Both the position numbers and the translations under genes were made by a program. The notes below the pieces were generated by a model. It was not told the origin of the DNA. It was given only the letters and a program-made list of their open reading frames with translations, and did not search any database. From assembly GCA_965202855.1 (NCBI GenBank), contig CBDBBP010000004.1:807776-871775 (forward strand): a stretch of DNA of 64,000 bases. Reading direction: 5' to 3'. Of this stretch, positions 37,534-46,739 are shown in pieces. The stretch is from Arenicellales bacterium (lineage in GTDB: Bacteria > Pseudomonadota > Gammaproteobacteria > Arenicellales > JAJDZL01). Position 1 is the stretch's first letter. Each line of letters opens with the position of its first letter.

Positions 37534-39906
37534 ATGTTAAACCTGAATTTTTCACCTGAGTTATCCAAACAACCGCTCGAGCCAGGTCTTTTGAATTTTG
37601 GAATTGGTCGAGAACGCTATGTTGTTCTTGGCAATTCAATGGTCGTTATTCCATTGCTACCGGGAGATCAAATTGAAATTGTCGATCCCGAAGGACTCCA
37701 ATGTGCTCATGTTGCTGCTTTCGATTCAAATGGGAACTCCTGCACAGACCAGTTTTCTCCAAAAGTGATGACCACTGGCAAGCAGTTAGCATCAATGCTG
37801 GAACAAAATCGCTCAGGAGCCGAAAGAGTCAAAAGCAAGTTGAAGTTATTTGGAGTAGACTTAGCAAGCGCGCCCGCTGCTGTGCTACTCGGTGGTCAAA
37901 CGGAACCTGGATCTCGAGAATCATTAATTTGCGAAACTGAAAGTATTGCTATTTTCGGAGCGCCAGGCGAATTGATGAGAGTTGATCAGCAAAATCCACC
38001 GACAGAGTTGATAGTCTGGGTCATTCGAGCACATCCGAATCACAATATTTCGAATCCTATTCCAGACCCGATGGCAGACCCGCTTCAGGAATTCACCGTT
38101 AAAGCTGCTACGGCTCAAAGCTATGAAGTCAATGCCGGTGACTATATTCAGATCATTGACATCGATGGTCGTCAATGTTCCGATTTTCAATGTTTTGATC
38201 TTGCGGCATTAGACCGTGGATTGGAACGCTGCCTTGATGCTACGGCCACCCGGTCACTGGTGGGAGCGTCTTATCCAAGTCCTGGACTGTACTCGAAATA
38301 CTTTGACGCTGACTTGGAACCGGTTGTAGAAGTCATTCAAGACACCTGTGGCCGTCACGACACCTTCGGGCTCGCGTGCACTGCAAAATACTATGAGGAC
38401 CAAGGCTATCCAGGACACGAGAATTGTTCTGACAACTTCAATTTAGCACTAAGGGAATATCCGATTGCCCCGCGTAAAGGCTGGATGGCAATCAATCTGT
38501 TTTTTAATACGATCTTGGGCGACGCCAATCAAATTCTTTCGGATGAGCCCTGGTCACGTCCGGGTGACTATATTTTGATGCGAGCGACAAGGGATATGGT
38601 CTGTGTTTCTTCATCATGCCCGGACGATATTGCCGCCACCAATGCTTGGAATCCAACAGATATTCACCTACGCGTTTACAGTAAGAATGAATTGTTCAAA
38701 CGCTCCATTGCAGTTCGAAAAACAACGGATTCAGAACCAATCATGACTCAAGAAACTGGCTTCCATTCAGAAACTTCAAAACTAACACGCAATTTTATTG
38801 AGTATGCTGGATATTGGCTGCCAAACTGTTTTACAAATCAGGGTGCCATCCATGAATATTGGGCGTGTCGGCAAGGTGCCGTTATGATTGATCTTTCTCC
38901 GTTGAGAAAGTATGAAGTTCTTGGACCGGATGCAGAATTGCTGTTGCAAACCTGCGTGACCCGCGATGTCAAGAAAATCGCCACCGGACAAGTCGTCTAC
39001 ACGGCAATGTGCAATCAGTCGGGCGGGATGATCGATGATGGGACAGTATTTCGAATTGGACAGAACAATTTTCGCTGGATTGGCGGCTGCGATGGTTCTG
39101 GTCTTTGGTTGAGAGAGCAAGCCGAAAAGCTGGGTCTGAGAGCCTGGGTCAAGAATTCTACGAGTCAGCTCGCAAACCTGCAAGTTCAGGGACCCAACAG
39201 CCGCGATATTCTAAAAAACCTGATCTGGACAAGACCAGATCAAGCTTCAGTTGAGGAACTGAAATGGTTTCGCTTTTCGGTCGCTCGAATGCTAAATGCC
39301 TCAGGCATACCAATTGTCGTTTCGCGTACTGGCTATACGGGCGAACTTGGTTTTGAAGTCTTCTGTCATCCACAAGATGCAGCGCAAGTGTGGCAGATCA
39401 TACGAAATTACGACGACGGCAAAGCAGTCGTTCCGATGGGGCTGGAAGCATTGGACATGCTTAGAATCGAAGCGGGTTTGATATTCGCAGGGCAAGAATT
39501 CTGTGAACAGACTGATCCATTTGAGGCTGGCATCCCGTTTACAGTGCCCCTAAAATCGAAGCAGGACGACTTTATTGGTCGCAAAGCGTTAGAAAACCGT
39601 AAAATCAATCCCCAGAGAAAACTTGTAGGATTGGAGTTAGTCGGACGTGAAGCTGCAGCTTGCGGCGACGGAGTCTATGATGGAAGGTACAAAGTCGGCG
39701 AAATTACAAGCTCCACTGTGTCCCCAATATTAGGGAAGACAATCGCACTCTGTCGAATGAATATTGAATATGTGGACTTTGGAACCGAGGTTGAAGTTGG
39801 CAAGTTAGACTGCCACCAAAAGAGGATCCCAGCAGTCGTGGTTCGACATCCGCATTTTGATCCTACAAAACTACGTGTTCGAGGATTTTACGACGAATCA
39901 GCCTAA
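37534..39906 (+). CDS. tdm: Trimethylamine N-oxide demethylase (DUF1989 domain fused to a GcvT-type tetrahydrofolate-binding aminomethyltransferase domain)
   Basis: 790 aa. The central DUF1989 block is YEVNAGDYIQIIDIDGRQCSDFQCFD...CGRHDTFGLACTAKYYEDQGYPGHENCSDNF. The C-terminal GcvT block is HEYWACRQGAVMIDLSPLRKYEVLGPDAELLLQ...GGMIDDGTVFR...YTGELGFEVF. This is the same architecture as characterised Tdm, and the gene is in a tmm/gmaS/mgs neighbourhood. Confidence 0.85.
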   Translation: MLNLNFSPELSKQPLEPGLLNFGIGRERYVVLGNSMVVIPLLPGDQIEIVDPEGLQCAHVAAFDSNGNSCTDQFSPKVMTTGKQLASMLEQNRSGAERVKSKLKLFGVDLASAPAAVLLGGQTEPGSRESLICETESIAIFGAPGELMRVDQQNPPTELIVWVIRAHPNHNISNPIPDPMADPLQEFTVKAATAQSYEVNAGDYIQIIDIDGRQCSDFQCFDLAALDRGLERCLDATATRSLVGASYPSPGLYSKYFDADLEPVVEVIQDTCGRHDTFGLACTAKYYEDQGYPGHENCSDNFNLALREYPIAPRKGWMAINLFFNTILGDANQILSDEPWSRPGDYILMRATRDMVCVSSSCPDDIAATNAWNPTDIHLRVYSKNELFKRSIAVRKTTDSEPIMTQETGFHSETSKLTRNFIEYAGYWLPNCFTNQGAIHEYWACRQGAVMIDLSPLRKYEVLGPDAELLLQTCVTRDVKKIATGQVVYTAMCNQSGGMIDDGTVFRIGQNNFRWIGGCDGSGLWLREQAEKLGLRAWVKNSTSQLANLQVQGPNSRDILKNLIWTRPDQASVEELKWFRFSVARMLNASGIPIVVSRTGYTGELGFEVFCHPQDAAQVWQIIRNYDDGKAVVPMGLEALDMLRIEAGLIFAGQEFCEQTDPFEAGIPFTVPLKSKQDDFIGRKALENRKINPQRKLVGLELVGREAAACGDGVYDGRYKVGEITSSTVSPILGKTIALCRMNIEYVDFGTEVEVGKLDCHQKRIPAVVVRHPHFDPTKLRVRGFYDESA

Positions 39907-40610
39907 ATTCCGAGATAGGCTTTTTTGACGTGCTCATTGTCCGCTAGCGCATCAGCCGCGTCTTGCAGCGTAATTCTGCCATTCTCCAGAACGTAGCCAT
40001 AGTCCACCAGCTTGAGCGCTAAATCAGCATTTTGTTCAACCAAGATTACAGTTACGCCTTGGCTGTTGATTTCCTGCATGATTTCACCAATTTCTTGAAC
40101 AATTAGGGGGGCGAGTCCTAGAGAGGGTTCGTCCAACAATAACACTTTCGGCCGCGACATCAGTGCACGACCAATTGATAACATCTGTTGCTCCCCACCG
40201 CTTAAAGTTCGCGCCTCTTGATTCTGACGTTCCTTCAAGACTGGAAAGTGCCTGTATATCTCCTGCAAATCTTGATTGATTCGATTTTGGTCTTTGTATA
40301 TGAAAGCACCCAGCATTAAGTTTTCTATCACTGACAGATCTTTGAATACACGGCGCCCCTCAGGCACATGTGCGATGCCAAGTTTCAAAATCTGGTCGGC
40401 AGGAATATTATTGAGAGGTTGATCATCAACTGAAATTTGCCCAGCACTTGGACGAACAAGTCCTGAAATAGCTCGGAGTGTCGTACTTTTACCGGCTCCG
40501 TTTGATCCAATTAACGTAATAAATCCACCATCCTCGACCGTAAAGCTGATACCTTTTAACGCTGCGACATTGTGATAGTTCACATGCAAATCGGTTACGT
40601 TCAGTTTCAT
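39903..40610 (-). CDS. ABC transporter ATP-binding protein, LivF-like (HAAT family)
   Basis: 235 aa. Walker A GSNGAGKST, signature LSGGEQQML, Walker B LLLDEPSLGL. Confidence 0.9.
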   Translation of the reverse strand: MKLNVTDLHVNYHNVAALKGISFTVEDGGFITLIGSNGAGKSTTLRAISGLVRPSAGQISVDDQPLNNIPADQILKLGIAHVPEGRRVFKDLSVIENLMLGAFIYKDQNRINQDLQEIYRHFPVLKERQNQEARTLSGGEQQMLSIGRALMSRPKVLLLDEPSLGLAPLIVQEIGEIMQEINSQGVTVILVEQNADLALKLVDYGYVLENGRITLQDAADALADNEHVKKAYLGI

Positions 40611-40648
40611 ATCAAGTCTCTTCGTTCGGTCAGCACTGTTTTGTAAAA

Positions 40649-41401
40649 CTAATTTCCACCTAGATACGCCTGAATCACATCTGGATTATTGCGAACACGT
40701 TCGGGTGATCCGTCATCCAAAACCGTACCAAAATTCAATACTGTCAGTCGGTCACAAAGGCCCATCACGGCTTTCATATTATGTTCAACGAGAACAACCG
40801 TGATTCCGGATTCTCGTACATTTTGCGTCAACTCCATCATATGACGAGTTTCTTCTGGATTCATTCCCGCAAACGGTTCGTCTAGCAGTAACAACTTAGG
40901 TTTTGAAGCCAGTGCAATCGCTACCGCCAGAGTTCGCTGGAATCCCAGCGGCAATTCCGATGCCAGCTGATCTCGCCGCTCCCAGAGAGACATAAATTCG
41001 AGTACTTCGCGAGCGGTATCGTGTGCGTCTTTTTGTTTATTTTGATCAAGACCCATCAATGCGGAAAATACGTTGGTTTTGGCCTGATTATGATTACCGA
41101 TAAGAACATTGTCGAACACGCTCAATTCTTGAAACAACGTTGTTTCCTGAAAAGTACGTACTACACCTAAACTAGCGATTCGAGAAGGTTTCTTGCCCCT
41201 TAGACTGACTCCGTTAAACAAAACATCTCCATCGGTAAACGAGAGAAATCCCGCGATCATCTTGAATGTCGTGCTCTTCCCTGCGCCATTTGGTCCGATC
41301 AGTCCATGAATATCGCCTTCATTAACGTGAAAACTCACGTTGTTCACCGCAACCAATCCACCGAACTTTTTTGTTAAGTGATTTACATCAAGTATTGCCA
41401 T
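40649..41401 (-). CDS. ABC transporter ATP-binding protein, LivG-like (HAAT family)
   Basis: 250 aa. Walker A GPNGAGKST, Walker B LLLDEPFAGMNP, and the LivG-type C-terminal extension. Confidence 0.9.
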   Translation of the reverse strand: MAILDVNHLTKKFGGLVAVNNVSFHVNEGDIHGLIGPNGAGKSTTFKMIAGFLSFTDGDVLFNGVSLRGKKPSRIASLGVVRTFQETTLFQELSVFDNVLIGNHNQAKTNVFSALMGLDQNKQKDAHDTAREVLEFMSLWERRDQLASELPLGFQRTLAVAIALASKPKLLLLDEPFAGMNPEETRHMMELTQNVRESGITVVLVEHNMKAVMGLCDRLTVLNFGTVLDDGSPERVRNNPDVIQAYLGGN

Positions 41402-42369
41402 CAGGTAAATCTCTGATTTTTAGCTGGATTAAAAATCTTAATTTTCTGCAATAGACTTTCCAGTCCACCCGGAAGATAAAGAATAAACAAAATTAAAGTC
41501 GCGCCATAAATTGCCGGTCGCAGTTGATCGACACCACGAAAGACTTCATCCAATATTGACAAGATGATTGCACCGAGTATCGCGCCATAAAATGTTCTGT
41601 ATCCACCTACAATGACCCAAATCAAGATAAAAACCATGAAGCCAATATCAAACTGCTTCGGAGCCACAGTGCCAATGTAGTGCACTTTGAGTGCGCCTGC
41701 CAATCCAACAAACAGTGAACCGGTAATAAACGCAAGTGTACGGTAATTCCACGTGTTGACACCAACCGATTCTGCAAGAACAGCTTTCCAATGTACTGCG
41801 TGCAATGTCAGCCCAATTCGAGATTTTTCAATTCTGTAGAGTAGAAATACACATACGCTGACAATGAATAAAACCAAATAAAAGTAGGGAATGGGCTCTA
41901 AAAAATCAATATTTAACAGTTCTGGTGATGGAATTGCGCTGATTCCACCAGTTCCTCCAAAGGGTTGAATGAATTGAATCCAGCACAGACGGATTGCTTC
42001 ACCTGCTGCGAACGAACCAATTAGAAAATAGAATTGGGTCAAGCGAAAAAGAGGATAACTCAACAAGGCAGCCATAGAACCGGCCGCAATACCAGCAAGG
42101 GGGAGAGTGATCCAGAATGATATGCCAAAGCTCTTGCTCAGAATTGCGCTTGTATAGGCCCCTACTCCCATCATCACCGCGTGTATCAGTGACCATTCAC
42201 CCGTCAAGGTAACCAGTCGATAACTGACAACAACTAGAATGTTGATCGTAAGGAATATAAGAAAGTCTTGATGGTGATACTTTAGGAAATGAGGGAGAAC
42301 AATTAGAAAGGCAAACAATCCTCCCAATGCAACGAGCTTCTGTATCGAGGGAGACGAGAACTTATTCAC
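41401..42369 (-). CDS. ABC transporter permease, LivM-like
   Basis: 322 aa polytopic membrane protein. It overlaps livG-like by 1 nt and livH-like by 8 nt. Confidence 0.85.
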   Translation of the reverse strand: MNKFSSPSIQKLVALGGLFAFLIVLPHFLKYHHQDFLIFLTINILVVVSYRLVTLTGEWSLIHAVMMGVGAYTSAILSKSFGISFWITLPLAGIAAGSMAALLSYPLFRLTQFYFLIGSFAAGEAIRLCWIQFIQPFGGTGGISAIPSPELLNIDFLEPIPYFYLVLFIVSVCVFLLYRIEKSRIGLTLHAVHWKAVLAESVGVNTWNYRTLAFITGSLFVGLAGALKVHYIGTVAPKQFDIGFMVFILIWVIVGGYRTFYGAILGAIILSILDEVFRGVDQLRPAIYGATLILFILYLPGGLESLLQKIKIFNPAKNQRFT

Positions 42370-43231
42370 TGAATTTGTGCCCCATGATTCCAGTAGGCCG
42401 AATTATCAAAACCAATACCATGATCAGCAAACCCGAAATGGTGGCGATTGTTCCACTGAAATAAGTAGTGATAAATGTATGGAACAGCGCATACAGAACA
42501 GAAGCGATCACTGCTCCCGGAAGACTGCCAATTCCACCGACGATTGTGACAATAAATGCAGTGATGATCACGTTGTGTCCCATGTGTGGATTGATATTTG
42601 TAAGCGGTGCGATCAAAGCGCCTGAGAGACCCGCCAATGCAGCCCCTACACCAATGGCTATAGCCGAAATTTTTACCGCGCTGATCCCCTGTAAAGTTGC
42701 GGCCTCCCGGTCCAAAGCCACCGCTCGCAATGCCCATCCAAGCTTTGTTCGAGTCAGGAAATACCAGAGAAATATGAGTGCGGCTATCGATATGGCAATG
42801 AGGAATAATCTCTGATATGGGATGCGTATCGCATCCATGATGATCAGCGTCCCTTCATACGGCGGTGGGACTTGCTTGGAAGGCCCCTCACCGCCGACAT
42901 AGGTGGCAATAACCTGGAGAACAAACAGGACTCCAATAGAACAAATCAACCCGCCCAGGGGATTATCAATCATTGGACGAAACAGAAAACGTTCCATCAA
43001 TAAACCAAGCCCAGCAACAATTAGAATTGCCAGAACGACGGAGACTAAATATGGAACGTCATTTTGGGCATGCACAAACCAAACGGTGTAAGCTCCGATC
43101 ATGACGAGCTCACCATGCGCAAAATTAACAACTCGCATAACACCGAAAACCAGAACAAACCCGATTGCTGCCAAAGCAAAAAATCCGCTTTGAATGAATC
43201 CGTTTACGATGGTTTGAATGAGCAGGTCCAA
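42362..43231 (-). CDS. ABC transporter permease, LivH-like
   Basis: 289 aa polytopic. It has the conserved VNFAHGELVMIGAY motif of LivH-type permeases. Confidence 0.85.
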   Translation of the reverse strand: MDLLIQTIVNGFIQSGFFALAAIGFVLVFGVMRVVNFAHGELVMIGAYTVWFVHAQNDVPYLVSVVLAILIVAGLGLLMERFLFRPMIDNPLGGLICSIGVLFVLQVIATYVGGEGPSKQVPPPYEGTLIIMDAIRIPYQRLFLIAISIAALIFLWYFLTRTKLGWALRAVALDREAATLQGISAVKISAIAIGVGAALAGLSGALIAPLTNINPHMGHNVIITAFIVTIVGGIGSLPGAVIASVLYALFHTFITTYFSGTIATISGLLIMVLVLIIRPTGIMGHKFSE

Positions 43232-43321
43232 TGAATAATCCTCAGATCAATTCAATTTACAGCAATACAAAAAGGGGAGAGAAGCTTAGTCTCTCCCCCT
43301 TTCTTAGTTATGCAGGCAGAT

Positions 43322-44602
43322 TTATACGGTTCGTAGGCCCAATTCTTTCATGTGCTTGATCAAAACATCGTTGTTTGCATCAAGCCAAGCAGCAAGATTT
43401 CCGTACTCTTGGATCCGTGCCTTGCCATCTTCTACTACAACAACTGGCCAGCGGCCGATTAGAACATTATCAAGTCCCCAAAGCTGACTGCCCCACCAAG
43501 AACCGCCACCGAAGACGAATTGCTGTTCATTGCCAGTCATATATGCTGCAACATCTTCTGACTCCACGCTGCCAGCGGCTTTCGCGTTTTCAATCCAATT
43601 CAGCAAGATAACAGGATATTCCCAGGCCACGGCAGACCAGTCATTCGGGTGGTCTTTTCGGAACGCCGCGTCGAATCCCGCTGCATCCGGGAAGCTGACA
43701 CCTTCTTGATTTAAAGCCGGATCGTCAAAATCCGGAAATTGGAAAATCGTTCCGTTTACAAAATCAACACTTGTTTTAGCGATGATTTCGTGATAGTAAT
43801 CCAGCGTACACGAAATAATCTTACCTTCAAATCCCTGATGGTAAAGCTGCTCCATAATTGGAGTTACGTAAAAGCTGGTCGCCATACAGAAAATATCTGG
43901 ATTTTTAGCGAGTACGGAACTTACGATTGGTGCGAAGTCTGTCACATCAAAACCGTGGAGGTTAGTGTCCACTACTTCTATTCCCGCAACTTCAAACGCT
44001 GCATTGTAGGTTGCTGTAGACTGTAACCCATATTCAGCATCATTGTTGGTTACGATCACAGCTGTCTTGGCATCCGGGAAGTTTCGCGCAAGCCACTCCA
44101 CTCCCGTAACGTTGTACAGTGGATGCGATTCACACGTCGCAACAAGATACTGTGAGTCGGGGGTAATGTCACTAGGCAGCAAGGTCGTTGTAAGAACTTT
44201 CTTTCGCGTTGCCCAAGGTAGAATCGCACCGACTGTCGCACCCCCCAGCATCATGACCATTTTTGCATCATCTTCGAGTACCAGTTTCTTCATTCCCTGC
44301 ACTGCTTTTTCGGTTTCATAGCCATGATCGTATGTGGCAATCTGAATATCGTAGGTTTCACCTCCGATTTCCACACCGCCAGCTGCATTTACGTTATTCG
44401 CAATAATGTCGCAACCGTAAAATCCTGGCAGGCCCCAGGGTGCTAAATCGCCCGTCATCGGAATATTCATGCCAACAGTCAGAGTCTTGTTGGCAGAAAA
44501 AGCACGGCTGGGAATAATGCTGGCTGCTGTTGCAGTTGTCGCCCCAGCGGCAACTTGTTTCAAGAATTTTCTTCTTGACGGATGTAATAATTTTTTATTC
44601 AT
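43322..44602 (-). CDS. Periplasmic substrate-binding protein, LivK/amide-urea (Peripla_BP_6-like) type, with a twin-arginine signal peptide
   Basis: 426 aa. The N-terminus is MNKKLLHPSRRKFLKQVAAGATTATAASIIPSRAFSA (the SRRxFLK Tat motif). It has a type I PBP two-lobe pattern and a Trp-rich C-terminal lobe (DWSAVAWEY, GGSWWGSQLWG). Confidence 0.85.
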   Translation of the reverse strand: MNKKLLHPSRRKFLKQVAAGATTATAASIIPSRAFSANKTLTVGMNIPMTGDLAPWGLPGFYGCDIIANNVNAAGGVEIGGETYDIQIATYDHGYETEKAVQGMKKLVLEDDAKMVMMLGGATVGAILPWATRKKVLTTTLLPSDITPDSQYLVATCESHPLYNVTGVEWLARNFPDAKTAVIVTNNDAEYGLQSTATYNAAFEVAGIEVVDTNLHGFDVTDFAPIVSSVLAKNPDIFCMATSFYVTPIMEQLYHQGFEGKIISCTLDYYHEIIAKTSVDFVNGTIFQFPDFDDPALNQEGVSFPDAAGFDAAFRKDHPNDWSAVAWEYPVILLNWIENAKAAGSVESEDVAAYMTGNEQQFVFGGGSWWGSQLWGLDNVLIGRWPVVVVEDGKARIQEYGNLAAWLDANNDVLIKHMKELGLRTV

Positions 44603-44702
44603 ATAATTTCACCTTTTACACATTTGTTAATACTTACCTTACTCTTACATAAAATAATACGATATTCTTGATAAATTTTCACTGGTAAGAAATCAAATTT
44701 GT

Positions 44703-44725
44703 GTTGAATTAGCAACAAATTCAAC
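44703..44725. promoter_or_regulatory. Candidate operator palindrome in the divergent tmm / ABC promoter region
   Basis: GTTGAATT-agcaaca-AATTCAAC: perfect 8 bp inverted arms. It lies 101 nt upstream of the binding-protein start and 149 nt upstream of the tmm start. Confidence 0.35.
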
Positions 44726-44873
44726 GAGTCGGAATCCATCGTTATAATTGAATGACGGATGAATTTAAGTTGATTGGCATTTCTAAGATGAACTGTCAGG
44801 AACCAAATCTAATTCATAATGAAAATAACTTGTCATTTTAAAAAGGAAACAAAATAAAAAATGGAGTAGTCAC

Positions 44874-46211
44874 ATGACACGAGTAGCAGTTATTGGGGCT
44901 GGACCTTGTGGTACAGCGCAGTTGCAGGCATTTGCATCAGCAGAAAAAAAAGGAGCGAAAATTCCAGAAGTTGTGTGCTATGAAAAGCAAAGCGACTGGG
45001 GAGGTTTGTGGAACTATACATGGCGTACCGGCACAGATGAATATGGAGAGCCTGTGCACTGCAGCATGTATAGATACTTATGGTCGAATGGACCAAAGGA
45101 ATGCTTGGAGTTTGCAGATTACACATTTGAAAAACATTTCGGGAGAGCGATCCCTTCCTATCCGCCTCGTGCGGTGTTAACCGACTATATCAAGGGCCGT
45201 GTTGAAGCTTCGGGAGCTCGTAAATTCTGTAAGTTTCTACATTCGGCTCACTGGGTTGCCTACAACGAAAGCAAAGACAACTTTTCTGTCACGATGAGAG
45301 ATCTGTCCAACGCTTCGCTGGTTACTGAAGAGTTTGATTATGTTGTCGTGGCAACAGGGCACTTTTCAGTACCCAACGTTCCGCACTTCGACGGATTTGA
45401 CACATATAACGGCCGTCTTTTACATGCTCACGATTTTCGAGATGCTCGGGAATTTACCGACATGGACGTCCTTATCATCGGTACCAGCTACTCTGCAGAA
45501 GACATTGCCTCTCAATGCCATAAGTATGGCGCTAAGTCGCTTACGATCAGTCACAGAACAGCGCCAACTGGATTTCATTGGCCAAAATCATTTGAGGAAG
45601 TCCCCCTGTTGACCCATGTAGATGGAAAACAAGCGTATTTCAAAGATGGCAGTTCGAAGCATATAGACGCGATTATTCTCTGTACGGGTTATCTTCATCA
45701 TTTCCCATTTATGGATGAAGACCTGAGACTAAAAACCACAAACCGAATGTGGACTCCTGATTTATATCAAGGTGTCGTTTGGCAGAAAAATCCGAAAGTG
45801 ATGTATCTCGGCATGCAGGATCAGTACTACACATTCAATATGTTTGATGTTCAAGCCTGGTATGTTCGAGATGTCATTATGGGACGCATTGAATTGCCGT
45901 CCTACGAAGAAATGCAAAAAGACAGTCAAGCTTGGCTGGACCGAGAAGCAACCCTTGAAAATTATGAAGATGAAATTTGGTTTCAGGGGGATTACGTCCA
46001 AACGCTGCTGGACCAAAGCGATTACCCGAAGTTCGATGTCCAAGGCATCAACAATACGTTTATGGAGTGGGAACACCATAAGCATGACGATATCATGGGA
46101 TATCGAAACAATGGATATCGCTCACTCATGACGAGCACCAAGCAGCCCGTTCATCATACAGTTTGGCTGGAAGCAATGGACGATAGTATGGAGTCCTACC
46201 TAGGAACTTAG
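44874..46211 (+). CDS. tmm: Trimethylamine monooxygenase (bacterial flavin-containing monooxygenase)
   Basis: 445 aa. AVIGAGPCG, FEKQSDWGGLWNYTWRTG...EPVHCSMYRYLWSNGPKECLEFADYTF, ATGHFSVPNVP and ILCTGYLHHFPF are near-collinear with the Methylophaga FMO sequence as I recall it. Confidence 0.9.
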   Translation: MTRVAVIGAGPCGTAQLQAFASAEKKGAKIPEVVCYEKQSDWGGLWNYTWRTGTDEYGEPVHCSMYRYLWSNGPKECLEFADYTFEKHFGRAIPSYPPRAVLTDYIKGRVEASGARKFCKFLHSAHWVAYNESKDNFSVTMRDLSNASLVTEEFDYVVVATGHFSVPNVPHFDGFDTYNGRLLHAHDFRDAREFTDMDVLIIGTSYSAEDIASQCHKYGAKSLTISHRTAPTGFHWPKSFEEVPLLTHVDGKQAYFKDGSSKHIDAIILCTGYLHHFPFMDEDLRLKTTNRMWTPDLYQGVVWQKNPKVMYLGMQDQYYTFNMFDVQAWYVRDVIMGRIELPSYEEMQKDSQAWLDREATLENYEDEIWFQGDYVQTLLDQSDYPKFDVQGINNTFMEWEHHKHDDIMGYRNNGYRSLMTSTKQPVHHTVWLEAMDDSMESYLGT

Positions 46212-46271
46212 CGGATTCTCTGGCAGGGATGTTGGCCTCCTGTTAGAAACCACTACTAAGTACAGCAAAAA

Positions 46272-46310
46272 CTGCCACGATCGTTTTTCGTCGATCGTGG
46301 CAGTAATTTT
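46272..46310. terminator. Bidirectional rho-independent terminator between convergent tmm and orf132
   Basis: CTGCCACGATCG-tttttcgt-CGATCGTGGCAG (12 bp perfect stem) followed by TAATTTTT. A-rich sequence sits on the other side. Confidence 0.8.
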
Positions 46311-46330
46311 TGGTTCGGCAATAATTGAGA

Positions 46331-46729
46331 CTAAGAATCCGGTTTTACTTTTCCGTACTCATGATCAAGTTCAATCAACGGATGCGTTTCCGAACATTGA
46401 AACTTAACTAAAAGCTCTCGAGCGATCATATCTCGGTCTTGTTGATTGTCCGGCAATTCCATAGATTCAGGCACCTGCACCCAGCCATTGATGTTTCGAT
46501 CAAAAACAGCAGGCCGATCTTCTTCATAACCCAAATGAACATCTTCCAGCCAGTTCAGATCCTGCCACCCCATAAATTCCATGTACTTTCTGAGAAACGG
46601 GGTTAGCCGAGTGTAATCGGGTACCAGGTTCACATCATATCGATAACCAATGTGCTGACCAATCTCCTTGATGCGTTCAGCTGTCGAAACACTTATCACT
46701 TGTTGACTAATATTTGTGACTTTTTCCAT
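46331..46729 (-). CDS. Hypothetical acidic 132 aa protein, last gene of the gmaS-mgsABC operon
   Basis: The ORF starts 10 nt after the mgsC stop on the same strand and is followed by the strong terminator. I recognise no family motif. Confidence 0.6.
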   Translation of the reverse strand: MEKVTNISQQVISVSTAERIKEIGQHIGYRYDVNLVPDYTRLTPFLRKYMEFMGWQDLNWLEDVHLGYEEDRPAVFDRNINGWVQVPESMELPDNQQDRDMIARELLVKFQCSETHPLIELDHEYGKVKPDS

Positions 46730-46739
46730 ATCTATTCTC

